DNA of 32,000 nt from Hyperthermus butylicus DSM 5456 (lineage in GTDB: Archaea > Thermoproteota > Thermoprotei_A > Sulfolobales > Pyrodictiaceae), in contig NC_008818.1 in the NCBI RefSeq assembly GCF_000015145.1, positions 930,001-962,000 on the forward strand. Reading direction: 5' to 3'. Below are positions 8,901 to 16,983 of the stretch, in pieces. Position numbers and translations under genes: made by a program. Each line of letters begins with the position of its first letter. Within the stretch, counting starts at the first letter, position 1. The notes beneath the pieces are model-generated. The model was not told the DNA's origin. It did no database searches and saw only the letters and a list, made by a program, of their open reading frames with translations.

Positions 8901-9580
8901 TTGACGCCGAGGCTCTCCGGAGAATGGTTGCCCTCGGCGATCTACGCGTGCCTGTAACGCTTAGGGAGAGTCATTACCGGCTATACGACCTCATCTTCCG
9001 CAGGTTCATAGCGAGCCAGATGAAGCCTGCCAAACTGAAGCGTAGGCGCATAAGGCTTGAAGTAGCTGGGAGCCAGGTCGAGATAGAGGTATACACTGCC
9101 GCGCTAAGGGAGGGTTACCATAAGTACTACCCATACCCCAGGCTCCACATGGCACTGGACAGCGTAAAGCCTGGCGACGTGCTGAGGCCAGAGAGGATAC
9201 TGGTAAGGAGGGGCTCAACGGTATACCTCTACACGCACGGTGAGATAGTCAGCCTAATGAGGGAGAGAGGACTGGGGAGGCCAAGCACCTACGCCAAGAT
9301 AATAGATGCTCTGGAGCGGCACGGCTACGTGATAGAGAGCAAGTACCGCCGCCGCCTAGTACCAACAAAGCTCGGCATAGAGGTCTACGAGTACCTCGAA
9401 TCCAGATATGGAAGCCTAGTGTCAGAAGAGCGTACGAGGAAGCTCTACCGGGACATAGAGGAGATAGCATCAGGCAACAAGAGCCCGGTAGAGGTTGTAA
9501 ACGAGCTGCTGGCCGAGCTATCAGAGCTGCTCGAGACATCACTGAGACAGTATACCGGCGAGGTAAAAGCCCTCGGCTAG
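5918..9580 (+). CDS. rgy: Reverse gyrase (helicase-like domain fused to topoisomerase IA)
   Basis: Two zinc fingers (CPNCGGPISAVRLVEGLPCVQC and CLSCGHQF...CPRCG). Walker A APTGVGKTT, DDVD box, Toprim start LIVVESPTKAKTIAGFFGRPVRR, active-site region ITYHRTDSTHVS. TTG 5918 preceded by SD ggaggt (5903-5908). The supplied ORF begins at 5717. Confidence 0.97.
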   Translation: MTLTLRPVYHAACPNCGGPISAVRLVEGLPCVQCLPTVGELSTDYYERIETIGRLLAENGRLRGYWYLYSSTSQLREFEEFFEKLTGHKLWSAQRTWAKRMLQGESIAIVAPTGVGKTTLLSVYAVYRASQGLKVYYLLPTENLARQVTRKLETLSSRLGGGIRVVSYYSSLPKRAKEESLRTIEERSYDILVTTTAFLSRRWSLIEGIRFDSILVDDVDAVLRNSKNIDKLLQALGFSVEAIEAAYNLVKKKIMATIAKTSGNIKRYEKLLQDIEQLEAILSQELVKTTPGQLVIASATGRAYGLKPKLFRELLGFDIGRVYDYTRSIANLYKIVNDPVAEAVSLVTRMGGGGLVFVAKRFGKNVARRIAEMLNERGIRAAVALAGRRVLDRFASGEYDVLVGVASYYGVIVRGIDMPERIHYTVFVGVPSQAIEAGKALLSPHRIARSAVELSLEGAEELARRLSKLAPNEVTVLRIALERGERLEGRLGEILEMLLETRRKLLHAIEELVSIEGSVAVGGALYRFEDGKLVAILPDAPTYVQASGRASRMYGSAMTHGISIVLDVDEILVRLLAEKLKRFLEDVRFEELSSEKLAKELEKARASRRGGVGKKVDIETCLIVVESPTKAKTIAGFFGRPVRRRIGSVVVYETTFYNPVSGKIHVAAIAATAGHVYDLTIDDEGIYGVELGKNGVSPIYKPIKRCLSCGHQFSSSSQVCPRCGSSNIVSKEDVIGALRQLAIENEVVYIATDPDVEGEKIAYDIYLLLRPYARKIMRIELHEITRSELNRALANPREVDVRLAEAQMVRRIEDRWIGFGLSQHLWQVFGKNWLGAGRVQTPVLGWIIERYSEWRSNLGYNLYIRLPGGPLVKIHYDSASGAREAAAAAENGVRVVSVEEEVVEINPPPPYTTESLIYDASRLYGYPAQKTMRVAQELFEAGLITYHRTDSTHVSGLGQHIARLYLESREDAELLQPRSWGPQGHHEAIRPTRPIDAEALRRMVALGDLRVPVTLRESHYRLYDLIFRRFIASQMKPAKLKRRRIRLEVAGSQVEIEVYTAALREGYHKYYPYPRLHMALDSVKPGDVLRPERILVRRGSTVYLYTHGEIVSLMRERGLGRPSTYAKIIDALERHGYVIESKYRRRLVPTKLGIEVYEYLESRYGSLVSEERTRKLYRDIEEIASGNKSPVEVVNELLAELSELLETSLRQYTGEVKALG

Positions 9581-10416
9581 CCCTTCCTCCTCCTAAACCT
9601 CCACACGGTAGCGGCTGGATCAGGTGCTGGCGGCAGGCTGCGCTTATGCTCGCTAGCCCGGTGTAGCTCTAGTACGCGCCTAACCTTCTCGATGGGGAGC
9701 CCGGTAGCTTTTGCAGCTTCCTCGGGCGATAGCCCCTTGTCAAACAATGCGTAGAGGATCAAATCTATCTCTTCATACTTCATGCCTAGCTCATCCTCTG
9801 CCAGTTGGCCAGGCCATAGACGTGGGCTACTAGGCTTGAGAGCTATCTTCTCTGGCACACCGAGATGTAGGGCTAGCCTCCTAACTTGAGACTTGTAGAG
9901 GCAGCCTATAGGCAGAAAGTCGACAGCGCCATCACCGTACTTTGTAAAGTAGCCTATCAGCAGCTCGCTGCGATCACCAGTTCCCGCTACAAGTAGACCC
10001 TCCATGTTTGCGTATAGGTAGAGCAGTGTCATCCTCACCCTAGCCCTTAGATTCCCCTTACTACGCCGATCCGGTGCCTCACCCATGGCAACCAGATAGC
10101 TGGCCACAATGGGTTTGATATCTATCAGCTTGTAGCGAACTCCCAGCCTTTCAGCAATTCCTACGGCATCGTGGACATCCTCCTCCGGCGTCACATCGGA
10201 ATCCGGCATCACTAGTACTAGGACACGCTCCGGACCCAGAGCCCTAACCAGCAAGTACAATGTGGTGGTAGAATCTACGCCTCCACTTAGACCAACAACC
10301 ACACCCTTAGCGCCACTTGACTCAACGTAGCCCTTGATGAATTCTTCTATGGAGCGGGCAACACCTTCATAGTCCAGGTCTAGAAGTTCGTTGAGAGTAA
10401 TCCTCAAGTCCAGCAC
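9577..10416 (-). CDS. nadE: NAD synthetase (NH3-dependent)
   Basis: PP-loop VVGLSGGVDSTTTLYLL, AGTGDRSELLIGYFTKYGDGAVDFLPIGCLYKSQVR. Confidence 0.96.
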   Translation of the reverse strand: MLDLRITLNELLDLDYEGVARSIEEFIKGYVESSGAKGVVVGLSGGVDSTTTLYLLVRALGPERVLVLVMPDSDVTPEEDVHDAVGIAERLGVRYKLIDIKPIVASYLVAMGEAPDRRSKGNLRARVRMTLLYLYANMEGLLVAGTGDRSELLIGYFTKYGDGAVDFLPIGCLYKSQVRRLALHLGVPEKIALKPSSPRLWPGQLAEDELGMKYEEIDLILYALFDKGLSPEEAAKATGLPIEKVRRVLELHRASEHKRSLPPAPDPAATVWRFRRRKG

Positions 10417-10530
10417 ACCCGCAAACCCTACCAGGCCCCAGAGATTTTTACGTGTAGGCTACATCAACACTAGCTAGCAAAGCTCGCCTTATACCCGAAC
10501 TCGTTATACTACTCTACATGGCGCACACCC

Positions 10531-12144
10531 TTGCTGGGAAGGCCGGTTTTCGGTCTGGGCAAAGCCATAACATCGGTTGATGTGGCAGTTATTGATGCTA
10601 ACTCTGAGTGGATTGGCGTTAAGAGGCTACAGCTTATGGAGAATGCTGGCCGCAGTGTTGCCGAGGAAGCTGCAAAGCTTGCCAAGCCGGGAAGCCGTGT
10701 TGTCGTCTTTGCTGGGCCTGGAGGTAATGGTGGGGATGGACTGGTAGCTGCCAGGCACCTAGCCTATATGGGGTACCAGGTTACTGTCGTGATGATTGTG
10801 AAGCCCGAGGAGATACGATCCCCCGAGACAAGAGCTATGTATGAGGCCCTGGCAGCTATGGATCTAACCGTGGACATACGTATTGCGCGAGCACCAGCCG
10901 ACGTAGCACCTGTTGAAGCCGATGTGGTGATAGACGCACTTCTAGGAACAGGGCTGAGGGGCGCCCCAAGGCCCCCGTACAGTGATGCCATTGAAGCGGT
11001 AAACTCTAGTACTGGGTTAAAGCTCGCTGTTGATGTCCCGTCGGGCCTTAACTCAGATACGGGTGAGACACCAGGAGCCTATGTAAAAGCCGATATAACC
11101 GTAACATTCCACAAGCCCAAGCCAGGCCTGCTACGCAGGCCAGACGTCGCTGGTAGGCTCGTAGTAGTCAGTATAGGAGCACCCCCCGAGGCCGAGGTAT
11201 ATGTTGGTCCTGGTGACGTAGCCTACAGGGTAAGGCCTAGGAGCTGGAAAGCCCATAAGGGCTCATCGGGCCGTGTCCTCATAGTTGGCGGTTCCCAAGA
11301 CTATGTGGGCGCTCCTATACTTGCAGCGCTAGCGGCTGAGCGTAGCGGCGTAGATCTGGTCTTCCTGGCAGCGCCGGAACACGTAACAAGAGCGGCATCA
11401 CATCACCCAACGATAATACCGGTACCTCTACGTGGCAGCCCCAACATACACCCAGACCACGTAAAGAAGCTAGAGCAGCTCCTGGATCGCGTGGATGCAA
11501 TAGCCATAGGTATGGGCGTAGGCCTCTCTGATGAGACGAAAGAGGCCATACCACAGATAATAGTGAAAGCGCTGGAGAAGGAGAAGCCGGTGGTCGTGGA
11601 CGCTGATGGAATCAAAATCCTAGGCGAAAGGGGCATACCCAACTCCAATCGAAAGCTAGTAGTCACACCCCACCAGCGCGAATTCCAAATACTCTTCGGC
11701 GATGCATTGTCAGGCGTAGACGAGGACATAAAGGCCAGAGCCCTCAAGGCAGCCGAAAAAGCCCAGAGACATGGGCTAGTGATACTACTCAAAGGTCCCA
11801 TAGATATTGTGACGGATGGCGAGAGAATAAGGCTAAACCGAACCGGCGTACCAGCCATGAGTGTTGGCGGTACAGGTGACACATTGGCAGGCATAACAGC
11901 AGCACTCCTGGCAAGAAAGCTAGAACCCTTCCATGCAGCCTCCATAGCAGCCTTCGTAAACGGTCTAGCTGGAGCACTAGCATACGCCGAGAAGAAAGAC
12001 TCGATGACGGCCATGGACCTCATAGAGAAGATACCAGAAGCCCTCAACAATCCCATAGAAGCAGCAAACAGAGTACCAGCATACCAGCGGCTAGTCCGTG
12101 GTAGAATAGAATGGCAGCCACCAGTGGGCCGCTCTGAGTCGTAG
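10531..12144 (+). CDS. nnr: Bifunctional NAD(P)H-hydrate epimerase / ADP-dependent NAD(P)H-hydrate dehydratase
   Basis: Epimerase half: LMENAGRSVAEEA, VFAGPGGNGGDGLVAARHL. Dehydratase half: VVDADGIKILG, VVTPHQREFQILF, GVPAMSVGGTGDTLAGITAALLA. Exact start uncertain. Confidence 0.95.
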   Translation: MLGRPVFGLGKAITSVDVAVIDANSEWIGVKRLQLMENAGRSVAEEAAKLAKPGSRVVVFAGPGGNGGDGLVAARHLAYMGYQVTVVMIVKPEEIRSPETRAMYEALAAMDLTVDIRIARAPADVAPVEADVVIDALLGTGLRGAPRPPYSDAIEAVNSSTGLKLAVDVPSGLNSDTGETPGAYVKADITVTFHKPKPGLLRRPDVAGRLVVVSIGAPPEAEVYVGPGDVAYRVRPRSWKAHKGSSGRVLIVGGSQDYVGAPILAALAAERSGVDLVFLAAPEHVTRAASHHPTIIPVPLRGSPNIHPDHVKKLEQLLDRVDAIAIGMGVGLSDETKEAIPQIIVKALEKEKPVVVDADGIKILGERGIPNSNRKLVVTPHQREFQILFGDALSGVDEDIKARALKAAEKAQRHGLVILLKGPIDIVTDGERIRLNRTGVPAMSVGGTGDTLAGITAALLARKLEPFHAASIAAFVNGLAGALAYAEKKDSMTAMDLIEKIPEALNNPIEAANRVPAYQRLVRGRIEWQPPVGRSES

Positions 12145-12224
12145 GCAGCCCCCGGGATAGAGAGATTGTAGGCCGCGAAGGGCTAGAGGCTATGAGGCCC
12201 CTCGCGGCCCTCCCGGGGGCTGCC
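12144..12224. repeat. Nested inverted repeat / strongly structured intergenic element
   Basis: Outer perfect 14-bp arms GGCAGCCCCCGGGA (12144-12157) / TCCCGGGGGCTGCC (12211-12224). Inner perfect 8-bp arms GGCCGCGA (12171-12178) / TCGCGGCC (12202-12209), extended by GGGC/GCCC. Confidence 0.85.
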
Positions 12225-12425
12225 ATCTAGAGAGGAAATCCCTACCTCCGCTAATTTCAATGCTCCGCCCATAGTTGTGGGGGTCGGCGTGAGACTAGGC
12301 CAGTCATTCCACGCTCTCCTATCGTGGTCCTAGACTGCCCGCCTCTCCATCCCCCAGAAGCTACAGTACGTACGGGTAAGGCTTTAAATCGGCTTTTTAT
12401 AGGGGTTATAAGGGGGTTTGCTGGC

Positions 12426-13034
12426 GTGCCGACTGGTGGCCAGAAGTTGAGCCAGATAGAGGCTAGGAGCGAGGCTGGTGAGGCTAGGCCGACGGCTAAG
12501 ATAGAGAATATAGTTGCTACGGTTTCTCTTGACCAGCAGCTCGACCTTAGGCTTATAGAACGTAGTATACTCACTGTAGAGTATAATCCCGAACAGTTCC
12601 CGGGTCTTGTCTATAGGCTTGACGAGCCAAAGGTTACAGCGTTGATATTCAAGTCTGGCAAAATGGTTGTCACTGGTGCTAAGAGCACAAAGGACCTCAT
12701 AGAGGCTGTTAAGAAGATTGTCAGGAACCTCAAGAAGCATGGAATACCAATCTATGGTAGGCCCAAGGTACAGATACAGAATATCGTAGCCTCGGCTAAC
12801 CTCAACGTCTGTGTTGACCTCGAGAGGGCTGCACTTACGCTTGAGAACAGTATGTACGAGCCTGAGCAGTTCCCAGGCCTCATACATAGAATGGATGAGC
12901 CGAGGGTAGTGCTCCTAATCTTCAGCTCGGGCAAGATGGTTATCACGGGTGCCAAGAGAGAGGAAGAAGTCTATGAGGCTGTAAACAAGATATACGAGAA
13001 GCTCAAGAAGCTAAGAGCGATAAGGCCTTGCTAG
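12426..13034 (+). CDS. tbp: TATA-box-binding protein (TBP)
   Basis: Two imperfect direct repeats ([16 protein letters not shown]...[24 protein letters not shown] and [16 protein letters not shown]...[24 protein letters not shown]). GTG 12426 follows the TATA-like stretches at 12381-12402. The supplied ORF begins at 12324. Confidence 0.96.
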   Translation: MPTGGQKLSQIEARSEAGEARPTAKIENIVATVSLDQQLDLRLIERSILTVEYNPEQFPGLVYRLDEPKVTALIFKSGKMVVTGAKSTKDLIEAVKKIVRNLKKHGIPIYGRPKVQIQNIVASANLNVCVDLERAALTLENSMYEPEQFPGLIHRMDEPRVVLLIFSSGKMVITGAKREEEVYEAVNKIYEKLKKLRAIRPC

Positions 13035-13282
13035 CCAGTTTTTATCCTCAGCCCACGCTTCAGAGCTGCGAGCACTAGCTCTTTTACAGCATTCCGCGAC
13101 CTAGACCTCACTATAACAATGCTGCCAATATCTTCGACTACGAAGCCAGCCCTAAGCTTCTCCTCAACTTCCCTAAGCACCTCTCCTAGGGTCTCGCTAG
13201 GCTGCTCAAATACCACGACATAGTAGCCTTGGGGATCTCTCCTTGAGAGTATGTCTTCCAGCAGCCTCCTAGCCCTAGCCAT
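13031..13282 (-). CDS. Hypothetical protein (83 aa)
   Basis: Compact basic ORF, 6 nt downstream of the next co-oriented ORF. Its stop overlaps the tbp stop. Confidence 0.65.
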   Translation of the reverse strand: MARARRLLEDILSRRDPQGYYVVVFEQPSETLGEVLREVEEKLRAGFVVEDIGSIVIVRSRSRNAVKELVLAALKRGLRIKTG

Positions 13283-13288
13283 GATGGG

Positions 13289-13930
13289 CTAGCCTCCAGG
13301 CTCGCCGAGTATGCTTTCAATCTGGTAGCTAGCTATCAGTATCTTACTGCTCTCCTCAGAGACGTAGCGTTCAACAAGACTGGTTATTTTCTGTGTTAGC
13401 TGCTCAACGAGTCGATGTGGCATCTTGGAGACAAGCCTCACCAGTGCTAGGAAACGCAGTATCGCCGAAAACACCGCCTCCTCAAGCGCTCCCAGAACAC
13501 TTGAGGCTAAGGGATCCCCATCTACTGCTAACTTACCATATTTCTTAACTAGTTCAGCGTAGGTTGAGGCTATTCTTATCTCGTGAAGCGCGTAGCTGGT
13601 AAGAGTAGCTGAAAGCATGTTGTGTAAATTCACATCTATAGCATCCATGTGTGTTGAGAGGGCCTCCATAGCCTTGTCTAGAAGCATCGGCACAAGCTTC
13701 TCCAGTTCGCCCACGAGAAGCCGGAGGTAGAGGCTATCAGGCAACACGCCAGAGTCTATGCAGCCACCATGTTCCGAAAGAAACCTGGAGACGATCCCGG
13801 CTATGGATTCGAGATTCGTTCGTCCATCACCCTCTTTGAGCTCCTCCAGGATCTGTGCTGCAATGCGGTCCAAAAGCTTCTCCACGAGAGCAAGGCACTT
13901 ACCATTTTCCATGTCCTGCTTCATCAGCAA
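13289..13930 (-). CDS. Hypothetical, predicted mostly alpha-helical protein
   Basis: 213-aa ORF (TTG start, or ATG 13924 preceded by gggtaggt). No recognised motif. Confidence 0.65.
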   Translation of the reverse strand: MLMKQDMENGKCLALVEKLLDRIAAQILEELKEGDGRTNLESIAGIVSRFLSEHGGCIDSGVLPDSLYLRLLVGELEKLVPMLLDKAMEALSTHMDAIDVNLHNMLSATLTSYALHEIRIASTYAELVKKYGKLAVDGDPLASSVLGALEEAVFSAILRFLALVRLVSKMPHRLVEQLTQKITSLVERYVSEESSKILIASYQIESILGEPGG

Positions 13931-14017
13931 CCTACCCTTCAGTCATCGCTAGTGCTCAGTTAATCGGGGTGTATCATCACGCAGCTCTCCGCACAACCAG
14001 CCTCTAGCCAGCGGCTT

Positions 14018-14608
14018 TTACCTTCTAACCAGCTCTCTTATCCTTGAAGCCATGAGCTTAAGGGCCATCTCCTTCCCCGCAACCTCGCCTGGAGGGAGGT
14101 ACTCCACATCTACGCCGGGTATAAGCCTGGCCTGCATAGCTAGCTTCTTGTCTCCCGTAAAGAATATGACTCCTCTATACTGGTTTGCAAGCCTCTCAAG
14201 AAGACTTAGCACATCGTAGTCGTCTCTGGCGGGCTGTTGGTATACACCTGGGGCAATACGTATTGGTCTATCAATACCTCTCCCGAGAACCTCATGGAAC
14301 TCGAGAGGCATGTCATGCAGCTCCCTAGCAAGGATCTCGGCAAACCCCTTAAACATCTGGTCAAAGACAACAGCATATCCTGCCGCTTTCTCAGTCTTGG
14401 CAGGAGCTGGCCCTGCCGCGGCTCTCCGGCTTAGGCTTTCCCGTATCTCTCGGAGATCCTCGGGATCTAGCTCTACAATGAGCTTAGCCTTGTAGATCTC
14501 GGTGCTTTCTCCGCTGCACTCCTCCGAGGCCTTAGCTAGGGCGTCCAGTAGGCTTCCTACGACCATGTAAGGCTTACCGCCACATACAACTATGTAGGTG
14601 TGCACCAT
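14018..14608 (-). CDS. Hypothetical protein, possibly PIN-like C-terminus
   Basis: C-terminal DYDVLSLLERLANQYRGVIFFTGDKKLAMQARLIPGVDVEYL resembles the end of PIN-type domains. ATG 14608 (MVHTYIVV) preferred over the supplied start at 14638. Confidence 0.6.
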   Translation of the reverse strand: MVHTYIVVCGGKPYMVVGSLLDALAKASEECSGESTEIYKAKLIVELDPEDLREIRESLSRRAAAGPAPAKTEKAAGYAVVFDQMFKGFAEILARELHDMPLEFHEVLGRGIDRPIRIAPGVYQQPARDDYDVLSLLERLANQYRGVIFFTGDKKLAMQARLIPGVDVEYLPPGEVAGKEMALKLMASRIRELVRR

Positions 14609-15371
14609 TTCGCCTAGCCTGAATAAAAGGGGTTCCATACTGTAGCTCTTAACTCTTTACCCCTCTGTCTTCGACGAGAATGAGGTCTATAGCTAGATAC
14701 TGAGAGCATTAAGAGTGCGAGAATAGTGATACAACTTGCCAATTATGCAATGCTTTCATACACTCTAGAAATATGCAAGGAGGCTTCATAGGCTAGCGCG
14801 TATGGCAGGAAAAACTAAAGCTATTAAGATTAGCATGAAGTCGGAGCATATAATTGGACTCCGTAGGGAAGACCATGATGGATATAGTAAAGAATACGTT
14901 AACAGACGTTGTTTTTAGGATAGCTTGGCCACAACTATCTCAAGAAGTAGTAGATTACGCATAATGGGCCTAGTACAGCTACAGCTACTAAGGCTCATCC
15001 AAACCATGGTGCTCCTGCCAAGCCGTGCATGCAATTCGGATGGAGGTACAAGACGTGAATGCAAGGCATAAACTATCACTAGCGCTATATTTTTGCTACA
15101 TGCCAGGCGTAGCGTTATAGCTTAGTAGCTTGGAAACGAAGCCGGTGCTGATCCCGTAAAGTGTATGTGGCATTATTATGTTATTGTGTTAAAGTTCGTG
15201 ACGGCAGATCTCGGCAACGGCTAAGATAGCATTCAGTGTAGTTAGCTTTGTGATAAACCCTCCTTAGTGCTTGTGGGGTCGGTATATCGCTTATACTATG
15301 GGTTTTGTAGCATAGCTGAGACAGGTGATAGTGGTAAAAAGACTGTGTAGTGTTGTAAGATTGTAGAAGCA

Positions 15372-15794
15372 TCATCTTATGATCATGACTGATGTTGCCG
15401 AGTTTATGGTTATAGATAGGGCTACACTCCCAATCATTAGATCCTCGTTTGCTGTGTTTCCGCGGGCGCCAAGGACTACTAGGTCGTAGCCTCCTTCGAT
15501 GATTTCTGATATTATCTCATTTGCGACACTGCTTGTCTGTGGGTTATACTCCTTAAACTTTATGTCCACTGCAACGCCCTTGTCCCTTACCCTCTTCTCT
15601 ATGGCTTCCCTAATCGCCTTAGTATCTGCTCCCGGTGCGTGAACATGGAGTACTGAGACTTTTGATCCGTAGCGCCGTGCGAAGTCAAGTGCCACTTCTA
15701 AAGCTCTCATGCTTGATTCTGAGCCATCTACGGGTACAAGTATTCGGCGGAAGAGGTAGCTTATGGCATAGCTTGGTTCCAGTACAAAGCTCAT
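15372..15794 (-). CDS. Universal stress protein family (UspA-like)
   Basis: RRILVPVDGSESSMRALEVALDFA...VSVLHVHAP; nucleotide-binding motif GARGNTANEDLMIGSVALSI. Confidence 0.93.
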   Translation of the reverse strand: MSFVLEPSYAISYLFRRILVPVDGSESSMRALEVALDFARRYGSKVSVLHVHAPGADTKAIREAIEKRVRDKGVAVDIKFKEYNPQTSSVANEIISEIIEGGYDLVVLGARGNTANEDLMIGSVALSITINSATSVMIIR

Positions 15795-15914
15795 GTCATG
15801 TACACCCTTCTGCTATGCGGGTTTGCTAGTTTGCTGACCATCCATATTATCTTATTGCTTTCTTGTCTGGGTGTATGGTAATAAGTTATAGCCCCTATGG
15901 CGTTGGCTTGGTTG

Positions 15915-16946
15915 TTATGGTATTCTGCCCTTCAAGAGGCCGAGTCTCTCATCGGTTATCCTTATGGTCTCCTCGGCTGTCTTGGCTAACTCTGCCACAG
16001 CCCTTATAGCATCGATGTTTTCTGGCACTACGATTGCCTCTTGGTGTACTGCTTGCATCCACATAACCTCAACGCCGTTAACGGCTATACTGTCAAGCCA
16101 TACTATTAGCTCTGGGATGTCGTAGCGCTTTCTGCCTAGGTCCCTAGCATACTCTACTAGCTCGGCAGTGCTTGCTAGCCCGTAGCTTGCGTCGGCGAGC
16201 AGTATTCTTGGTGTGGACTCGAATGTTGCTACCACGTCCTCTCTTGTTACAGGCTTCTCGAGTTCAGCGTAGACTATATGTACGTGCATTAGTGTTGTTG
16301 GAACCACTACTGCCATAGTTACTATGTCGAGGTCTGGCAATACAGTCTTAACGTCAAGAGCGTGATGGCTAGGCGTCTTTACAGGATCAGGCTTTATCGC
16401 GTTGACAGGGCCACGTTTAATCTCCTTAGGATCTGCAGCCCTCCGGACAATGGTTGCTCTTACGCGCCTTACGGGGGCTAGTCTTGATATACTACAGATG
16501 GCACGTAGAAGGCCGGTAGTGTTGCAGGATACCACACGCAGCGAGGTTTTGCCAAGTGCTTGTTCGTAGTTACAGAGAGTGCTAAACGATAGCTCTGCTA
16601 TGTCGGCTTTTTCACCGCCCTGAAATATCATCTTGACCCCGGCTTTCTCGTAGAGAGGCTTATACTTTCTACCAGTACCTCCGGGCGTAGCGTCGACTAT
16701 GACATCGACTTTCTCGAGCAGCTCCTCTATGGTGCCAGCTGGCTCTATGCCCTTAGCTTGAAACTCCTCTAGGCTCTCTTTTGGCACGTAGACAGGTATT
16801 CCCCTGGACACAGCATATTTTGCGGTATAGTCTGGTTTTGTTTTTGTGACACCAACAAGCTCCATGTCAGGCTGGAGCATTATTGCCTCAGCTACACGCT
16901 TACCTATAGTTCCAAACCCGTTTACGCCAACCCTAACCCGTGCCAC
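15915..16946 (-). CDS. gap: Glyceraldehyde-3-phosphate dehydrogenase, archaeal (type II) form
   Basis: VRVGVNGFGTIGKRVAEAI...ATPGGTGRKYKPLYEKAGVKMIFQGGEKA...SCNTTGLLRAI. Confidence 0.96.
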   Translation of the reverse strand: MARVRVGVNGFGTIGKRVAEAIMLQPDMELVGVTKTKPDYTAKYAVSRGIPVYVPKESLEEFQAKGIEPAGTIEELLEKVDVIVDATPGGTGRKYKPLYEKAGVKMIFQGGEKADIAELSFSTLCNYEQALGKTSLRVVSCNTTGLLRAICSISRLAPVRRVRATIVRRAADPKEIKRGPVNAIKPDPVKTPSHHALDVKTVLPDLDIVTMAVVVPTTLMHVHIVYAELEKPVTREDVVATFESTPRILLADASYGLASTAELVEYARDLGRKRYDIPELIVWLDSIAVNGVEVMWMQAVHQEAIVVPENIDAIRAVAELAKTAEETIRITDERLGLLKGRIP

Positions 16947-16983
16947 GGCTCTTCACCTCTCAGGGGGAAGAGCTTGTAGTGGT

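Noticed and set aside
11403-12056. 217-aa minus-strand ORF inside nnr, plus similar shadow ORFs at 27907-28216, 31363-31857, 20360-20851, 26494-27051 and 22112-22378
   Set aside because: All are opposite-strand or alternate-frame readings of confidently assigned or longer genes and have no motifs.
12144-12224. tRNA-like reading of the nested hairpin (7-bp GGCAGCC/GGCTGCC acceptor-like ends)
   Set aside because: The stem continues unbroken to 14 bp and there is no T-arm GGTTC-type loop or anticodon arm with the right spacing.
12384-12887. 167-aa minus-strand ORF inside tbp
   Set aside because: Fully antisense to the clear TBP coding sequence, with no recognisable family.
13914-13990. Possible third box C/D sRNA on the minus strand (GTGATGA at 13974-13980, CTGA at 13956-13959, GCGATGA at 13943-13949, CTGA at 13924-13927)
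   Set aside because: Guide lengths are 14 and 15 nt, there is an extra CTGA directly after C', the only closing complementarity (CTGC/GCAG) is offset by 4 nt, and the element overlaps the ribosome-binding site and start of the 213-aa ORF. Most likely chance.
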